The notes beneath the pieces were generated by a model, which saw nothing but the letters and a program-made list of their open reading frames with translations, made no database searches and was not told the DNA's origin. Below are positions 52,501 to 64,000 of a stretch of 64,000 bases of DNA, in pieces. The stretch lies in NCBI GenBank assembly GCA_002269645.1, contig NIVC01001813.1, forward strand, positions 1 to 64,000. The letters run 5' to 3'. The stretch is from Macrostomum lignano (Eukaryota). A program made the position numbers and the translations under genes. How positions within the stretch are numbered: the stretch's first letter is position 1; each line of letters opens with the position of its first letter.

Positions 52501-53955
52501 TCTATCCCCGGGAGCGCTGTGTCTGCACCCAGGCTCTTATCTATCCCTGTGTCCACTCCCCAGTTACTTATCTATCCCTGTGTCTATACACCCAGACTCT
52601 TATCTATCCCTGTGTCCACTCCTTAGTTACTCATCTATCCCTGTGTCCACTCCCCAGTTACTCATCTATCCCTGTGTCCACTCCCCAGTTACTTATCTAT
52701 CCCTGTGTCTATACACCCAGACTCTTATCTATCCCTGTGTCCACTCCCCAGTTACTCATCTATCCCTGTGTCCACTCCCCAGTATCCCACATCTATCCCT
52801 GTGTCCACTCCCCAGTATCCCACATCTATCCCTGTGTCCACTCCCCAGTATCCCACATCTATCCCTGTGTCCACTCCCCAGTATCCCACATCTATCCCTG
52901 TGTCCACTCCCCAGTATCCCACATCTATCCCTGTGTCCACTCCCCAGTATCCCACATCTATCCCTGTGTCCACTCCCCAGTATCCCACATCTATCCCTGT
53001 GTCCACTCCCCAGTATCCCACATCTATCCCTGTGTCTATACACCCAGACTCTTATCTATCCCTGTGTCTACATCCCAGACTCTTATCTACCCCTGTGTCT
53101 GCACCCCAGACTCTTATCTATCCCTGTGTCTACACCCCAGACTCTTATCTATCCCTGTGTCTACACCCTAGACTCTTATCTATCCCTGTGTCTACATCCC
53201 AGACTCTTATCTATCCCAGACTTGTCTACACTCTATGGACACCCAGACTCTTGTCTACACTTGTGTCTACACCCCAGACTCTTATCTATCCCTGTGTCTA
53301 CATCCCAGACTCTTATCTATCCCAGACTTGTCTACACTCTATGGACACCCAGACTCTTGTCTACACTTGTGTCTACACCCCAGACTCTTATCTATCCCTG
53401 TGTCTACATCCCAGACTCTTATCTATCCCAGACTTGTCTACACTCTATGGACACCCAGACTCTTGTCTACACTTGTGTCTACACCCCAGACTCTTATCTA
53501 TCCCTGTGTCTACACCCCAGACTTTTATGCTTTATCCATGACTGCATCTACACCCAGCTTTTACCCCTTGGCCTTTGGTAGCTGGCTTACTTGTATCTTG
53601 TTTTCATTTTTCGGTCTTAATAAACTTGATAATATCTTCTACTTGCATTCCATGATATTTAAACTTAAACCATTAAAAATAATATAAAAAATTGACAATC
53701 AGATTGGCACAATTTACCTTCGGTCCAACAATAATTATTCACGTATTGCTCCTGCCCGCTATGCGAGCCAACTTCGTTTGGTATGTAGCAAGCCACCGGC
53801 GACAGAACATAAGTCTTTAGCGTGACAGTTGTACAGCAGGCCAACAGCAATACAACAGTGACTTGGAAATTGAGTCGATCAGAAAAGTCTTCTACTCCTG
53901 TGTAGGTGACTTGCTGGAATTTGCGAAACTTTTCAAATATATCAGCGGCTACCAT
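49534..53955 (-). CDS. inx: Innexin (gap-junction protein) copy 2, about 498 aa; exons 53718-53955, 51612-51940, 49534-50463
   Basis: [37 protein letters not shown]|[21 protein letters not shown]..|..[41 protein letters not shown] junctions in phases 1 and 0 total 1497 nt. Confidence 0.95.
50695..51100. repeat. 56-bp dimeric tandem repeat (two 28-bp AGCAATTCCC.. subunits) in innexin-2 intron 2
   Basis: Alternating subunits are visible. Confidence 0.9.
51985..53525. repeat. Composite about 30-bp minisatellite (TCTATCCCTGTGTCCACTCCCCAG.. / ..TACACCCCAGACTCTTA..) in innexin-2 intron 1
   Basis: Several related unit types occur in blocks. It explains ORFs 51980-53687. Confidence 0.93.
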
Positions 53956-55354
53956 TTTAATAAAGAATTATTTCACTGGCTGTGTTGATCAGCAAGCTGG
54001 CATCTATCCCTATCCACTATCCTTCAGGCTTTAGCGAATTGTATTTACGACATGGATTATATTCTCCTTGGTAGTTTACGCCTGTACGTTGTCATGTGCT
54101 TTCCTTCGTTGTCCTCGCCACCCCCGTCCGTACTGCTCCACTCACTCCAGTTCCTCTCTCTTCGATCCAGAGTGGGCGGAAGGGTAGCGCTATTGGTAAA
54201 GCGAGGAAGGAGAGGGCTGAGAGGCGAGGACGAAAGACGACAGCCTAGGGAGTGTGAACTAATGTACATAGCCAATGTACATTAGCTCTTGCCAAAGTCA
54301 TTCCGCCCCAACCCCCTACCCCTCCAATTTCAGGACGCTTCTCTATTTGCCTCCCCCATCTGCAGGCTGCTCCGCTCCGCCACCGCCATGCCCTACCCCC
54401 CCAAATATTCCTATGTACATTAGGCGAGACAGACATTTTTGATAAGGATTATCTTTCAAGAGACCTTAACTTCAAGTGGGCCGGCCACCCACCAAGATTA
54501 GACTATATTACAAGCAAGCAAGCAAGATTTTCATTTTTAGTACATAGGATATAAGGCTTGGCTAAATGTATAGAATAAAAATATAATTTAGTTAAGGCTA
54601 TAATTAATCAAAATAAATGTGACAATATAATTTGCGCGCCTTGCCGCAAATTGGTCAGGTATGCAATGCGCATCAGTGGGCTGCATAAGGGACGTGCAGG
54701 GCCGGAGAAAAATGCTGATTCATTTCTCTGATCACTCGCATGAGCATCACTGTTGGCTCGTCACTTTCACAAAACTCCGATAGGCGTAGCGTAGGCGATA
54801 AGATTTTCAGAGATTAAAGACTTTGCATACTAAAACTTTCACTCCTGCATGGAAGTGAATTGAGAAAAGACTGTGTATTGGTGCTTTAAATTTAATTTTA
54901 TTGTATAATTATTATTTACTGCATAATTTGTCAGATAATTGACAAGTGGGCAAGTCACTTGTGTTAAATCTAATAAGTGAAATAACGAAGGCAGGCTATT
55001 CAAGTAAAAACATTATGTTAACATTATTAGAACTCCCCGAATATACTAAATGCCTATCAATCAAACGTCCCTAACAAATTCAATATCCAAAATTCCAAAG
55101 CAGTCTATGGGTCAAAGCTGCCAGAGCTTTGAAGTCCGCCTGAGTCGTTAGGCCTCGAGCCTGTACTAGGCCAAGCGCTTAAGAGACCCATAGCTACAGC
55201 TGTGGCCACTCATTATAATAAGTTAGGAAGGATTGTTGCAGCCGCTGATTCTGCCAAGGAAATTCAACGCTTTGATTAAATTATTAATTTTCTAATCGCC
55301 TTCCTCAATAACCGGATAACAACTGCTGCAGACTATTAAAAGCACTAAGGACGC

Positions 55355-58300
55355 ATGGAGACTGAAACCCTTGGCAGCTCGTGCGATGCCTGCGGCAAAG
55401 GCTGCCGCGGCTACAGGCCGCACACCTGGAGGGCGCTGTGCATTGAGTGCCAGTGCGCCAAGGCCAGTCACCTCATCTACGCCCCGGAGACGCCCAACCT
55501 GCTCAAGCGGCTGGGCTACAGCGACACCAGCCCGTTCATGAACGTGGTCGAGGAGCAGCTGAAGATCGCCGAGTCGGTCGGCTACGTGTGCTCACCGCTC
55601 GGCCTTGAGAAGACTCAAATAGTTGAGTTCGCCAAGTACGTGGATCCCTCCGTGCTGCCGAGAATTCGCGACCGCAGCGCCTGCCTTGAACGGCTTCGGC
55701 GAGTCCACAAACAGGTGAGAGAGTCTGCTTGGAGTGGCTGCTGTTGCTGCTGATCAATTTCTGCTCCTGGGAGAATTTCTGGGCATGGTCATTCAGTCAG
55801 ACCCATTGCTACCCCATTTCCGTTCATTCAACGAGACCCACTGCTACCCCATTTCTGCCCATTCAGTAGCTTGTAAGACCCACTGCTACCCCATCTCCGA
55901 TAATTCAGTGAGACCAACTACTTCCGGTCATTCAGTGTATCCAGAAATCAGTTCTCCTATGAATATCAGTATATCACAAAACTACTATGAGTAGCATGGC
56001 AAAATACTTGACAATTTTTACTTTCAACCGACTGGCCCAACCGCCCAAACATCCAGGTGCCACCGCAGGACGTGCTCCAGACGGCCTGCAAGTCACTGGA
56101 GAACTCGCAGAAGAATCAGTTCGAGCGACTCAAAGACCGGCGCAACCGGAAGGCGCTCGGTCTCGCCGAGGTGCACCAGGTGAGCAATGAGGACGCCAAG
56201 AAGAGCTGCCACGGCTGCGGCGAGAGAATCGTGAAGCCAGGCAAGAATGTCCAGGGCGACAGCGACCGCTTCGTGCTGAAGGCCTCCCACGCCGAGGGCA
56301 TGCTGTGGCACCCATCTTGCTTCCAGTGCGCCGAGTGTAAGGACCATCTGGTGGACTTTTTCTATTGCTGGAGCGCCGACAAGAACGACATTTTGTGCGT
56401 GCGGGACTTTAACCAGAGCCTGCGCTCGCGCTGTCCCGCCTGCGACGAGGTGAGAGCACTGTTAAGATTGGGAGGGCAGTAGGGAGATTCGAGGGGCAGT
56501 GAGGAGATTGGGAAGGCAGTGGGGAGATCTGGAGGGCAGTGAGGAGATTGGGAGGGCAGTGGAGAGATTGGGAGGGCAGTGGAGATATTGGGAGGGCAGT
56601 GGGGATATTGGGAGGGCAGTGGGGAGATTGGGAGGACAGTGGGGAGATTGGGAGGGCAGTGAGGATATTGGGAGGGCAGTGAGGAGATTGGGAGGGCAGT
56701 GAGGAGATTGGGAGGGCAGTGGGGAGATTTGGAGGGCAGTGAGGAGATTGGGAAGGCAGTGGGGAGATCTGGAGGGCAGTGAGGAGATTGGGAGGGCAGT
56801 GGAGAGATTGGGAGGGCAGTGGGGATATTGGGAGGGCAGTGGGGATATTGGGAGGACAGTGGGGAGATTGGGAGGACAGTGGGGAGATTGGGAGGGCAGT
56901 GAGGAGATTGGGAGGGCAGTGAGGAGATTGGGAGGGCAGTGAGGAGATTGGGAGGGCAGTGGGGAGATTTGGAGGGCAGTGAGGAGATTGGGAAGGCAGT
57001 GGGGAGATCTGGAGGGCAGTGAGGAGATTGGGAGGACAGTGGGGAGATTGGGAGGGCAGTGAGGAGATCTGGAGGGCAGTGAGGAGATTGGGAAGGCAGT
57101 GGGGAGATCTAGAGGGCAGTGAGGAGATTCGAGGGGCAGTGAGGAGATTGGGAAGGCAGTGGGGAGATCTGGAGGGCAGTGAGGAGATTGGGAGGACAGT
57201 GGGGAGATTGGGAGGGCAGTGAGGAGATCTGGAGGGCAGTGAGGAGATTGGGAAGGCAGTGGGGAGATCTGGAGGGCAGTGAGGAGATTGAGAGGGCAGT
57301 GAGGAGATTGGGAAGGCAGTAAGGATATTGGGAGGACAGTGGGGAGATTGGGAGGGCAGTGGGGAGATTGGGAGGGCAGTGATGAGATTGGGAGGGCAGT
57401 GAGGAGATTGGGAGGGCAGTGAGGAGATTGGGAGGACAGTGAGGAGATTGGGAGAGCAGTGAGGAGATTGGGAGGGCAGTGAGGAGATTGGGAAGGCAGT
57501 GGGGATATTGGGAGGACAGTGGGGAGATTGGGAGGGCAGTGGGGAGATTGGGAGGGCAGTGAGGAGATTGGGAGGGCAGTGGGGAGATTGGGAGGGCAGT
57601 GAGGAGATTGGGAGGGCAGTGGGGAGATTGGGAGGGCAGTGGGGAGATTGGGAGGGCAGTGGGGAGATTGGGAGGGCAGTGAGGAGATTGGGAGGGCAGT
57701 GAGGAGATTGGGAGGGCAGTGAGGAGATTGGGAAGGCAGTAAGGATATTGGGAGGACAGTGGGGAGATTGGGAGGGCAGTGGGGAGATTGGGAGGGCAGT
57801 GAGGAGATTGGGAGGGCAGTGAGGAGATTGGGAGGGCAGTGAGGAGATTGGGAGGACAGTGAGGAGATTGGGAGAGCAGTGAGGAGATTGGGAGGGCAGT
57901 GAGGAGATTGGGAAGGCAGTGGGGATATTGGGAGGACAGTGGGGAGATTGGGAGGGCAGTGGGGAGATTGGGAGGGCAGTGAGGAGATTGGGAGGGCAGT
58001 GGGGAGATTGGGAGGGCAGTGAGGAGATTGGGAGGGCAGTGGGGAGATTGGGAGGGCAGTGGGGAGATTGGGAGGGCAGTGGGGAGATTGGGAGGGCAGT
58101 GAGGAGATTGGGAGGGCAGTGAGGAGATTGGGAGGGCAGTGAGGAGATTGGGAAGGCAGTAAGGATATTGGGAGGACAGTGGGGAGATTGGGAGGGCAGT
58201 GGGGAGATTGGGAGGGCAGTGGGGAGATTGGGAGGGCAGTGAGGAGATTGGGAGAGCAGTGAGGAGATTGGGAGGACAGTGAGGAGATTGGGAGAGCAGT

Positions 58301-61300
58301 GAGGAGATTGGGAGGGCAGTGAGGAGATTGGGAAGGCAGTGGGGATATTGGGAGGACAGTGGGGAGATTGGGAGGGCAGTGGGGAGATTGGGAGGGCAGT
58401 GAGGAGATTGGGAGGGCAGTGGGGAGATTGGGAGGGCAGTGGGGAGATTGGGAGGGCAGTGGGGAGATTGGGAGGGCAGTGAGGAGATTGGGAGGGCAGT
58501 GAGGAGATTGGGAGGGCAGTGAGGAGATTGGGAGGGCAGTGAGGAGATTGGGAGGGCAGTGAGGAGATTGGGAGGGCAGTGGGGAGATTGGGAGGGCAGT
58601 GAGGAGATTGGGAGGGCAGTGAGGAGATTGGGAGGGCAGTGGGGAGATTGGGAGGGCAGTGGGGAGATTGGGAGGACAGTGGGGAGATTGGGAGGGCAGT
58701 GGGGAGATTGGGAGGGCAGTGAGGAGATTGGGAGGGCAGTGGGGAGATTGGGAGGGCAGTGAGGAGATTGGGAGGGCAGTGGGGAGATTGGGAGGGCAGT
58801 GGGGAGATTGGGAGGGCAGTGGGGAGATTGGGAGGGCAGTGAGGAGATTGGGAGGGCAGTGGGGAGATTGGGAGGGCAGTGAGGAGATTGGGAGGGCAGT
58901 GAGGAGATTGGGAGGGCAGTGGGGAGATTGGGAGGGCAGTGGGGAGATTGGGAGGGCAGTGAGGAGATTGGGAGGGCAGTGAGGAGATTGGGAGGGCAGT
59001 GAGGAGATTGGGAGGACAGTGAGGAGATTGGGAGAGCAGTGAGGAGATTGGGAGGGCAGTGAGGAGATTGGGAAGGCAGTGGGGATATTGGGAGGACAGT
59101 GGGGAGATTGGGAGGGCAGTGGGGAGATTGGGAGGGCAGTGAGGAGATTGGGAGGGCAGTGGGGAGATTGGGAGGGCAGTGAGGAGATTGGGAGGGCAGT
59201 GGGGAGATTGGGAGGGCAGTGGGGAGATTGGGAGGGCAGTGGGGAGATTCGAGGGGCAGTGAGGAGATTGGGAAGGCAGTGGGGAGATCTGGAGGGCAGT
59301 GAGGAGATTGGGAAGGCAGTAAGGATATTGGGAGGACAGTGGGGAGATTGGGAGGGCAGTGGGGAGATTGGGAGGGCAGTGGGGAGATTGGGAGGGCAGT
59401 GAGGAGATTGGGAGAGCAGTGAGGAGATTGGGAGGACAGTGAGGAGATTGGGAGAGCAGTGAGGAGATTGGGAGGGCAGTGAGGAGATTGGGAAGGCAGT
59501 GGGGATATTGGGAGGACAGTGAGGAGATTGGGAGAGCAGTGAGGAGATTGGGAGGGCAGTGAGGAGATTGGGAAGGCAGTGGGGATATTGGGAGGACAGT
59601 GGGGAGATTGGGAGGGCAGTGGGGAGATTGGGAGGGCAGTGAGGAGATTGGGAGGGCAGTGGGGAGATTGGGAGGGCAGTGAGGAGATTGGGAGGGCAGT
59701 GGGGAGATTGGGAGGGCAGTGGGGAGATTGGGAGGGCAGTGGGGAGATTGGGAGGGCAGTGAGGAGATTGGGAGGGCAGTGAGGAGATTGGGAGGGCAGT
59801 GAGGAGATTGGGAAGGCAGTAAGGATATTGGGAGGACAGTGGGGAGATTGGGAGGGCAGTGGGGAGATTGGGAGGGCAGTGGGGAGATTGGGAGGGCAGT
59901 GAGGAGATTGGGAGAGCAGTGAGGAGATTGGGAGGACAGTGAGGAGATTGGGAGAGCAGTGAGGAGATTGGGAGGGCAGTGAGGAGATTGGGAAGGCAGT
60001 GGGGATATTGGGAGGACAGTGGGGAGATTGGGAGGGCAGTGGGGAGATTGGGAGGGCAGTGAGGAGATTGGGAGGGCAGTGGGGAGATTGGGAGGGCAGT
60101 GGGGAGATTGGGAGGGCAGTGGGGAGATTGGGAGGGCAGTGAGGAGATTGGGAGGGCAGTGAGGAGATTGGGAGGGCAGTGAGGAGATTGGGAGGGCAGT
60201 GAGGAGATTGGGAGGGCAGTGAGGAGATTGGGAGGGCAGTGGGGAGATTGGGAGGGCAGTGAGGAGATTGGGAGGGCAGTGAGGAGATTGGGAAGGCAGT
60301 GGGGATATTGGGAGGACAGTGAGGAGATTGGGAGAGCAGTGAGGAGATTGGGAGGGCAGTGAGGAGATTGGGAAGGCAGTGGGGATATTGGGAGGACAGT
60401 GGGGAGATTGGGAGGGCAGTGGGGAGATTGGGAGGGCAGTGAGGAGATTGGGAGGGCAGTGGGGAGATTGGGAGGGCAGTGAGGAGATTGGGAGGGCAGT
60501 GGGAGATTGGGAGGGCAGTGGGGAGATTGGGAGGGCAGTGGGGAGATTGGGAGGGCAGTGAGGAGATTGGGAGGGCAGTGAGGAGATTGGGAGGGCAGTG
60601 AGGAGATTGGGAAGGCAGTAAGGATATTGGGAGGACAGTGGGGAGATTGGGAGGGCAGTGGGGAGATTGGGAGGGCAGTGGGGAGATTGGGAGGGCAGTG
60701 AGGAGATTGGGAGAGCAGTGAGGAGATTGGGAGGACAGTGAGGAGATTGGGAGAGCAGTGAGGAGATTGGGAGGGCAGTGAGGAGATTGGGAAGGCAGTG
60801 GGGATATTGGGAGGACAGTGGGGAGATTGGGAGGGCAGTGGGGAGATTGGGAGGGCAGTGAGGAGATTGGGAGGGCAGTGGGGAGATTGGGAGGGCAGTG
60901 GGGAGATTGGGAGGGCAGTGGGGAGATTGGGAGGGCAGTGAGGAGATTGGGAGGGCAGTGAGGAGATTGGGAGGGCAGTGAGGAGATTGGGAGGGCAGTG
61001 AGGAGATTGGGAGGGCAGTGAGGAGATTGGGAGGGCAGTGGGGAGATTGGGAGGGCAGTGAGGAGATTGGGAGGGCAGTGAGGAGATTGGGAGGGCAGTG
61101 GGGAGATTGGGAGGGCAGTGGGGAGATTGGGAGGACAGTGGGGAGATTGGGAGGGCAGTGGGGAGATTGGGAGGGCAGTGAGGAGATTGGGAGGGCAGTG
61201 GGGAGATTGGGAGGGCAGTGAGGAGATTGGGAGGGCAGTGGGGAGATTGGGAGGGCAGTGGGGAGATTGGGAGGGCAGTGGGGAGATTGGGAGGGCAGTG

Positions 61301-63642
61301 AGGAGATTGGGAGGGCAGTGGGAGATTGGGAGGGCAGTGAGGAGATTGGGAGGGCAGTGAGGAGATTGGGAGGGCAGTGGGGAGATTGGGAGGGCAGTGG
61401 GGAGATTGGGAGGGCAGTGAGGAGATTGGGAGGGCAGTGAGGAGATTGGGAGGGCAGTGAGGAGATTGGGAGGACAGTGAGGAGATTGGGAGAGCAGTGA
61501 GGAGATTGGGAGGGCAGTGAGGAGATTGGGAAGGCAGTGGGGATATTGGGAGGACAGTGGGGAGATTGGGAGGGCAGTGGGGAGATTGGGAGGGCAGTGA
61601 GGAGATTGGGAGGGCAGTGGGGAGATTGGGAGGGCAGTGAGGAGATTGGGAGGGCAGTGGGGAGATTGGGAGGGCAGTGGGGAGATTGGGAGGGCAGTGG
61701 GGAGATTCGAGGGCAGTGAGGAGATTGGGAAGGCAGTGGGGAGATCTGGAGGGCAGTGAGGAGATTGGGAAGGCAGTAAGGATATTGGGAGGACAGTGGG
61801 GAGATTGGGAGGGCAGTGGGGAGATTGGGAGGGCAGTGAGGAGATTGGGAGGGCAGTGAGGAGATTGGGAGAGCAGTGAGGAGATTGGGAGGACAGTGAG
61901 GAGATTGGGAGAGCAGTGAGGAGATTGGGAGGGCAGTGAGGAGATTGGGAAGGCAGTGGGGATATTGGGAGGACAGTGGGGAGATTGGGAGGGCAGTGGG
62001 GAGATTGGGAGGGCAGTGAGGAGATTGGGAGGGCAGTGGGGAGATTGGGAGGGCAGTGGGGAGATTGGGAGGGCAGTGGGGAGATTGGGAGGGCAGTGAG
62101 GAGATTGGGAGGGCAGTGAGGAGATTGGGAGGGCAGTGAGGAGATTGGGAGGGCAGTGAGGAGATTGGGAGGGCAGTGAGGAGATTGGGAGGGCAGTGGG
62201 GAGATTGGGAGGGCAGTGAGGAGATTGGGAGGGCAGTGAGGAGATTGGGAGGGCAGTGGGGAGATTGGGAGGGCAGTGGGGAGATTGGGAGGACAGTGGG
62301 GAGATTGGGAGGACAGTGGGGAGATTGGGAGGACAGTGAGGAGATTGGGAGGACAGTGGGGAGATTGGGAGGGCAGTGAGGAGATCTGGAGGGCAGTGAG
62401 GAGATTGGGAGGGCAGTGAGGAGATTGGGAGGGCAGTGGGGAGATTTGGAGAGCAGTGACTCGCTCGTCTCGAACTTGCATCGGGAGGATCTAAGAAACG
62501 CACTCTCCCCATCGATTCAAGCTCATCTTCTCGGTGGAGCTGACCCGCTCCATGGAGGGCGACCATCACACGGGCCACTTCGCCTGCTCGAACTGCGACA
62601 AGTCGCTCACAGGGCATCGGTACATTCTGCGCGAGGAGAAACCGTTTTGCATTCAGTGCTACGAGGACATCTTTGCCAACACCTGCGAACAGTGCAAGGA
62701 CAAAATAGGCTGCGATTCTAAGGTGAGAGGCTGTGGTCAGTTTCTAAGTTCATGAGTTAATGAGTTTTGTGAGTCCGTGAGTGGGTGAGTTTGTGAGCTC
62801 AGACTGCCCCCCCCCCATGAAACCCACCGCACCCGCAGGACCTGTCCTACAAGGACCGCCACTGGCACGAGCGCTGTTTTAAGTGCAGCTCCTGCAGCAC
62901 CAGCCTGGTTGACAAGCCATTTGCCACCAAGGAGGAGGCTCTGTTCTGTTCTGACTGTCACGACGAGAAGTTCGCCGCCCGCTGCGACGGTTGCAGCAAG
63001 GTGAGATTGACATTGGCGCTTTACCTGCAGACTATCAGTGCCACGAGTTAAGCGGCATCTGCCAGCAGCAAAGATGTATAGAATGCCATGTGCTGAGATG
63101 TCAAAACTTATGGGGGAATTGCTGTGGCTCATGGGAAGGGTTGCTCAGATGCCAAGGGTCCATTGGGAGTTTTTGGTAGACCAAGGATTAAAGGGATAGT
63201 TAGGGTTCAGCCATGGCAGCTGCGACTCAAGGTCAGAGCATCACCACGGCCAGATCCTCCAACAACCCGCAGGTGTTTCGCGCCGGCATGCGCAAGTACG
63301 AGTACCGCGGCAAGCAGTGGCACGAAGAGTGCTTCCTCTGCCTGGAGTGCCGCCTGCCCATCGGCACCAAGTCCTTCATCCCGCGCGACCAGGACGTCTG
63401 CTGCGTGCCCTGCTACGAGGAGAAGTACGCGCAGCGCTGCTCCAAGTGCACTCAGGTGATTAAACGGGGAGGAGTCACCTACAAAGGCGATCCGTACCAC
63501 AAGGAGTGCCTGGTGTGCGCCAATTGCACCACCCAGCTGGCGGGGGTGAAGTTCACCAGCAAGGACGAGAAGCCCTACTGCGCCGAGTGCTACGGGCAGC
63601 TGTTTGCTAAGAAGTGCTGCAGGTGCACCCAGCCAATAACTG
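55355..63642 (+). CDS. PET + multi-LIM protein (LIMPETin / Limpet / LIM-9 type), 3'-incomplete; exons 55355-55714, 56057-56449, 62522-62722, 62839-63000, 63273-63642
   Basis: Testin/Prickle-like Cys-rich N-terminus (C..C.GY.PH.WR..C..C.C) and a PET domain (..KQVPPQD). LIM1 WHPSCFQCAEC..LVD is followed by FHL2-like LIMs (HFACSNCD.SLTGHRYILREEKPFC, DLSYKDRHWHERCFKC, KQWHEECF, GGVTYKGDPYHKECLVC). All junctions are GT-AG and frame-consistent. The last exon or exons lie beyond 64000. Confidence 0.93.
56465..62458. repeat. About 6-kb G-rich 20-bp minisatellite (GGGAGGGCAGTGRGGAGATT)n filling LIMPETin intron 2
   Basis: About 300 copies with recurring variant blocks. It explains the 2051-aa and 1790-aa antisense ORFs. 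Confidence 0.98.
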
Positions 63643-63775
63643 GTGAGTATCACGCGTGCTTATGCATGTTAAGGCTTGTATAATTTTCTAGTTGGAGTCG
63701 CTAGTCGAGTGTTGCCAGCGGATTTTTCACCGGCGCTGCAGGTAAGCATAGTACGTCGTGTACTTTGTACAGTAG

Positions 63776-64000
63776 TTTTTTTTATTAGAGGCAGGGGGGT
63801 TGGTGCACCCTGGCGCACTTTATGCGACATAGGCACACAACCGGCGAGAGGCATTATTGCCCATTCCGCCGACTCCTCTGAGCAGGCATACAAGCGCGCG
63901 GATACGTACGCAGGCACACACTCACACAGGAGTGTACAGCGGCCCAAACTTTATATTATCGTTAGGCATGTACACTTCACTGCGCCTTGGGGGGTTGGCC
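63776..64000 (-). mobile_element. Second copy (3' part) of the tRNA-derived SINE, in a LIMPETin intron
   Basis: Closely matches 28290-28500 (TTTTTTATTAGAGGCAGGGGGG..GGCGAGAGGCATTA..GGCACACACTCACACAGGAGTGTACAG). Confidence 0.8.

Noticed and set aside
51980-53687. Several long Pro/Tyr/Cys-rich plus-strand ORFs
   Set aside because: They are translations of the composite minisatellite, antisense in innexin-2 intron 1.
56462-62617. 2051-aa and 1790-aa minus-strand ORFs
   Set aside because: They are translations of the C-rich strand of a 20-bp minisatellite that lacks stop codons, antisense within a well-supported intron.

Overview
Eukaryotic (metazoan) genomic DNA with spliceosomal introns. It is probably from a free-living flatworm such as Macrostomum; this is inferred from gene content, GC-rich exons and very dense minisatellites, not proven. 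Hand-assembled genes: a compact GRASP/GORASP (+), a CD225/dispanin (+), a secreted WSC(+PAN) protein (-), an unknown coiled-coil/disordered protein with PP1-docking motifs (+), BBIP1/BBS18 (+), a RING-less B-box/coiled-coil/NHL protein (+), two tandem innexins (-), and a PET+LIM LIMPETin-type gene (+) that runs off the window end. Mobile DNA: a foldback-like element enclosing decayed Tc1 and Penelope-like remnants, a decayed piggyBac, tRNA-derived SINEs, a Helentron/DINE-like remnant and a MITE. More than 20 unrelated tandem-repeat arrays fill most introns and explain most long ORFs in the supplied track. The most unexpected signals are dense homotypic clusters of transcription-factor-type motifs: RFX X-boxes inside a coding exon, CLEAR/E-boxes just upstream of BBIP1, TAGGCCTA around the GRASP start, and E2F-like sites in an intronic satellite. 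There are no prokaryotic features or CRISPR arrays. All coordinates and splice models were read by eye.
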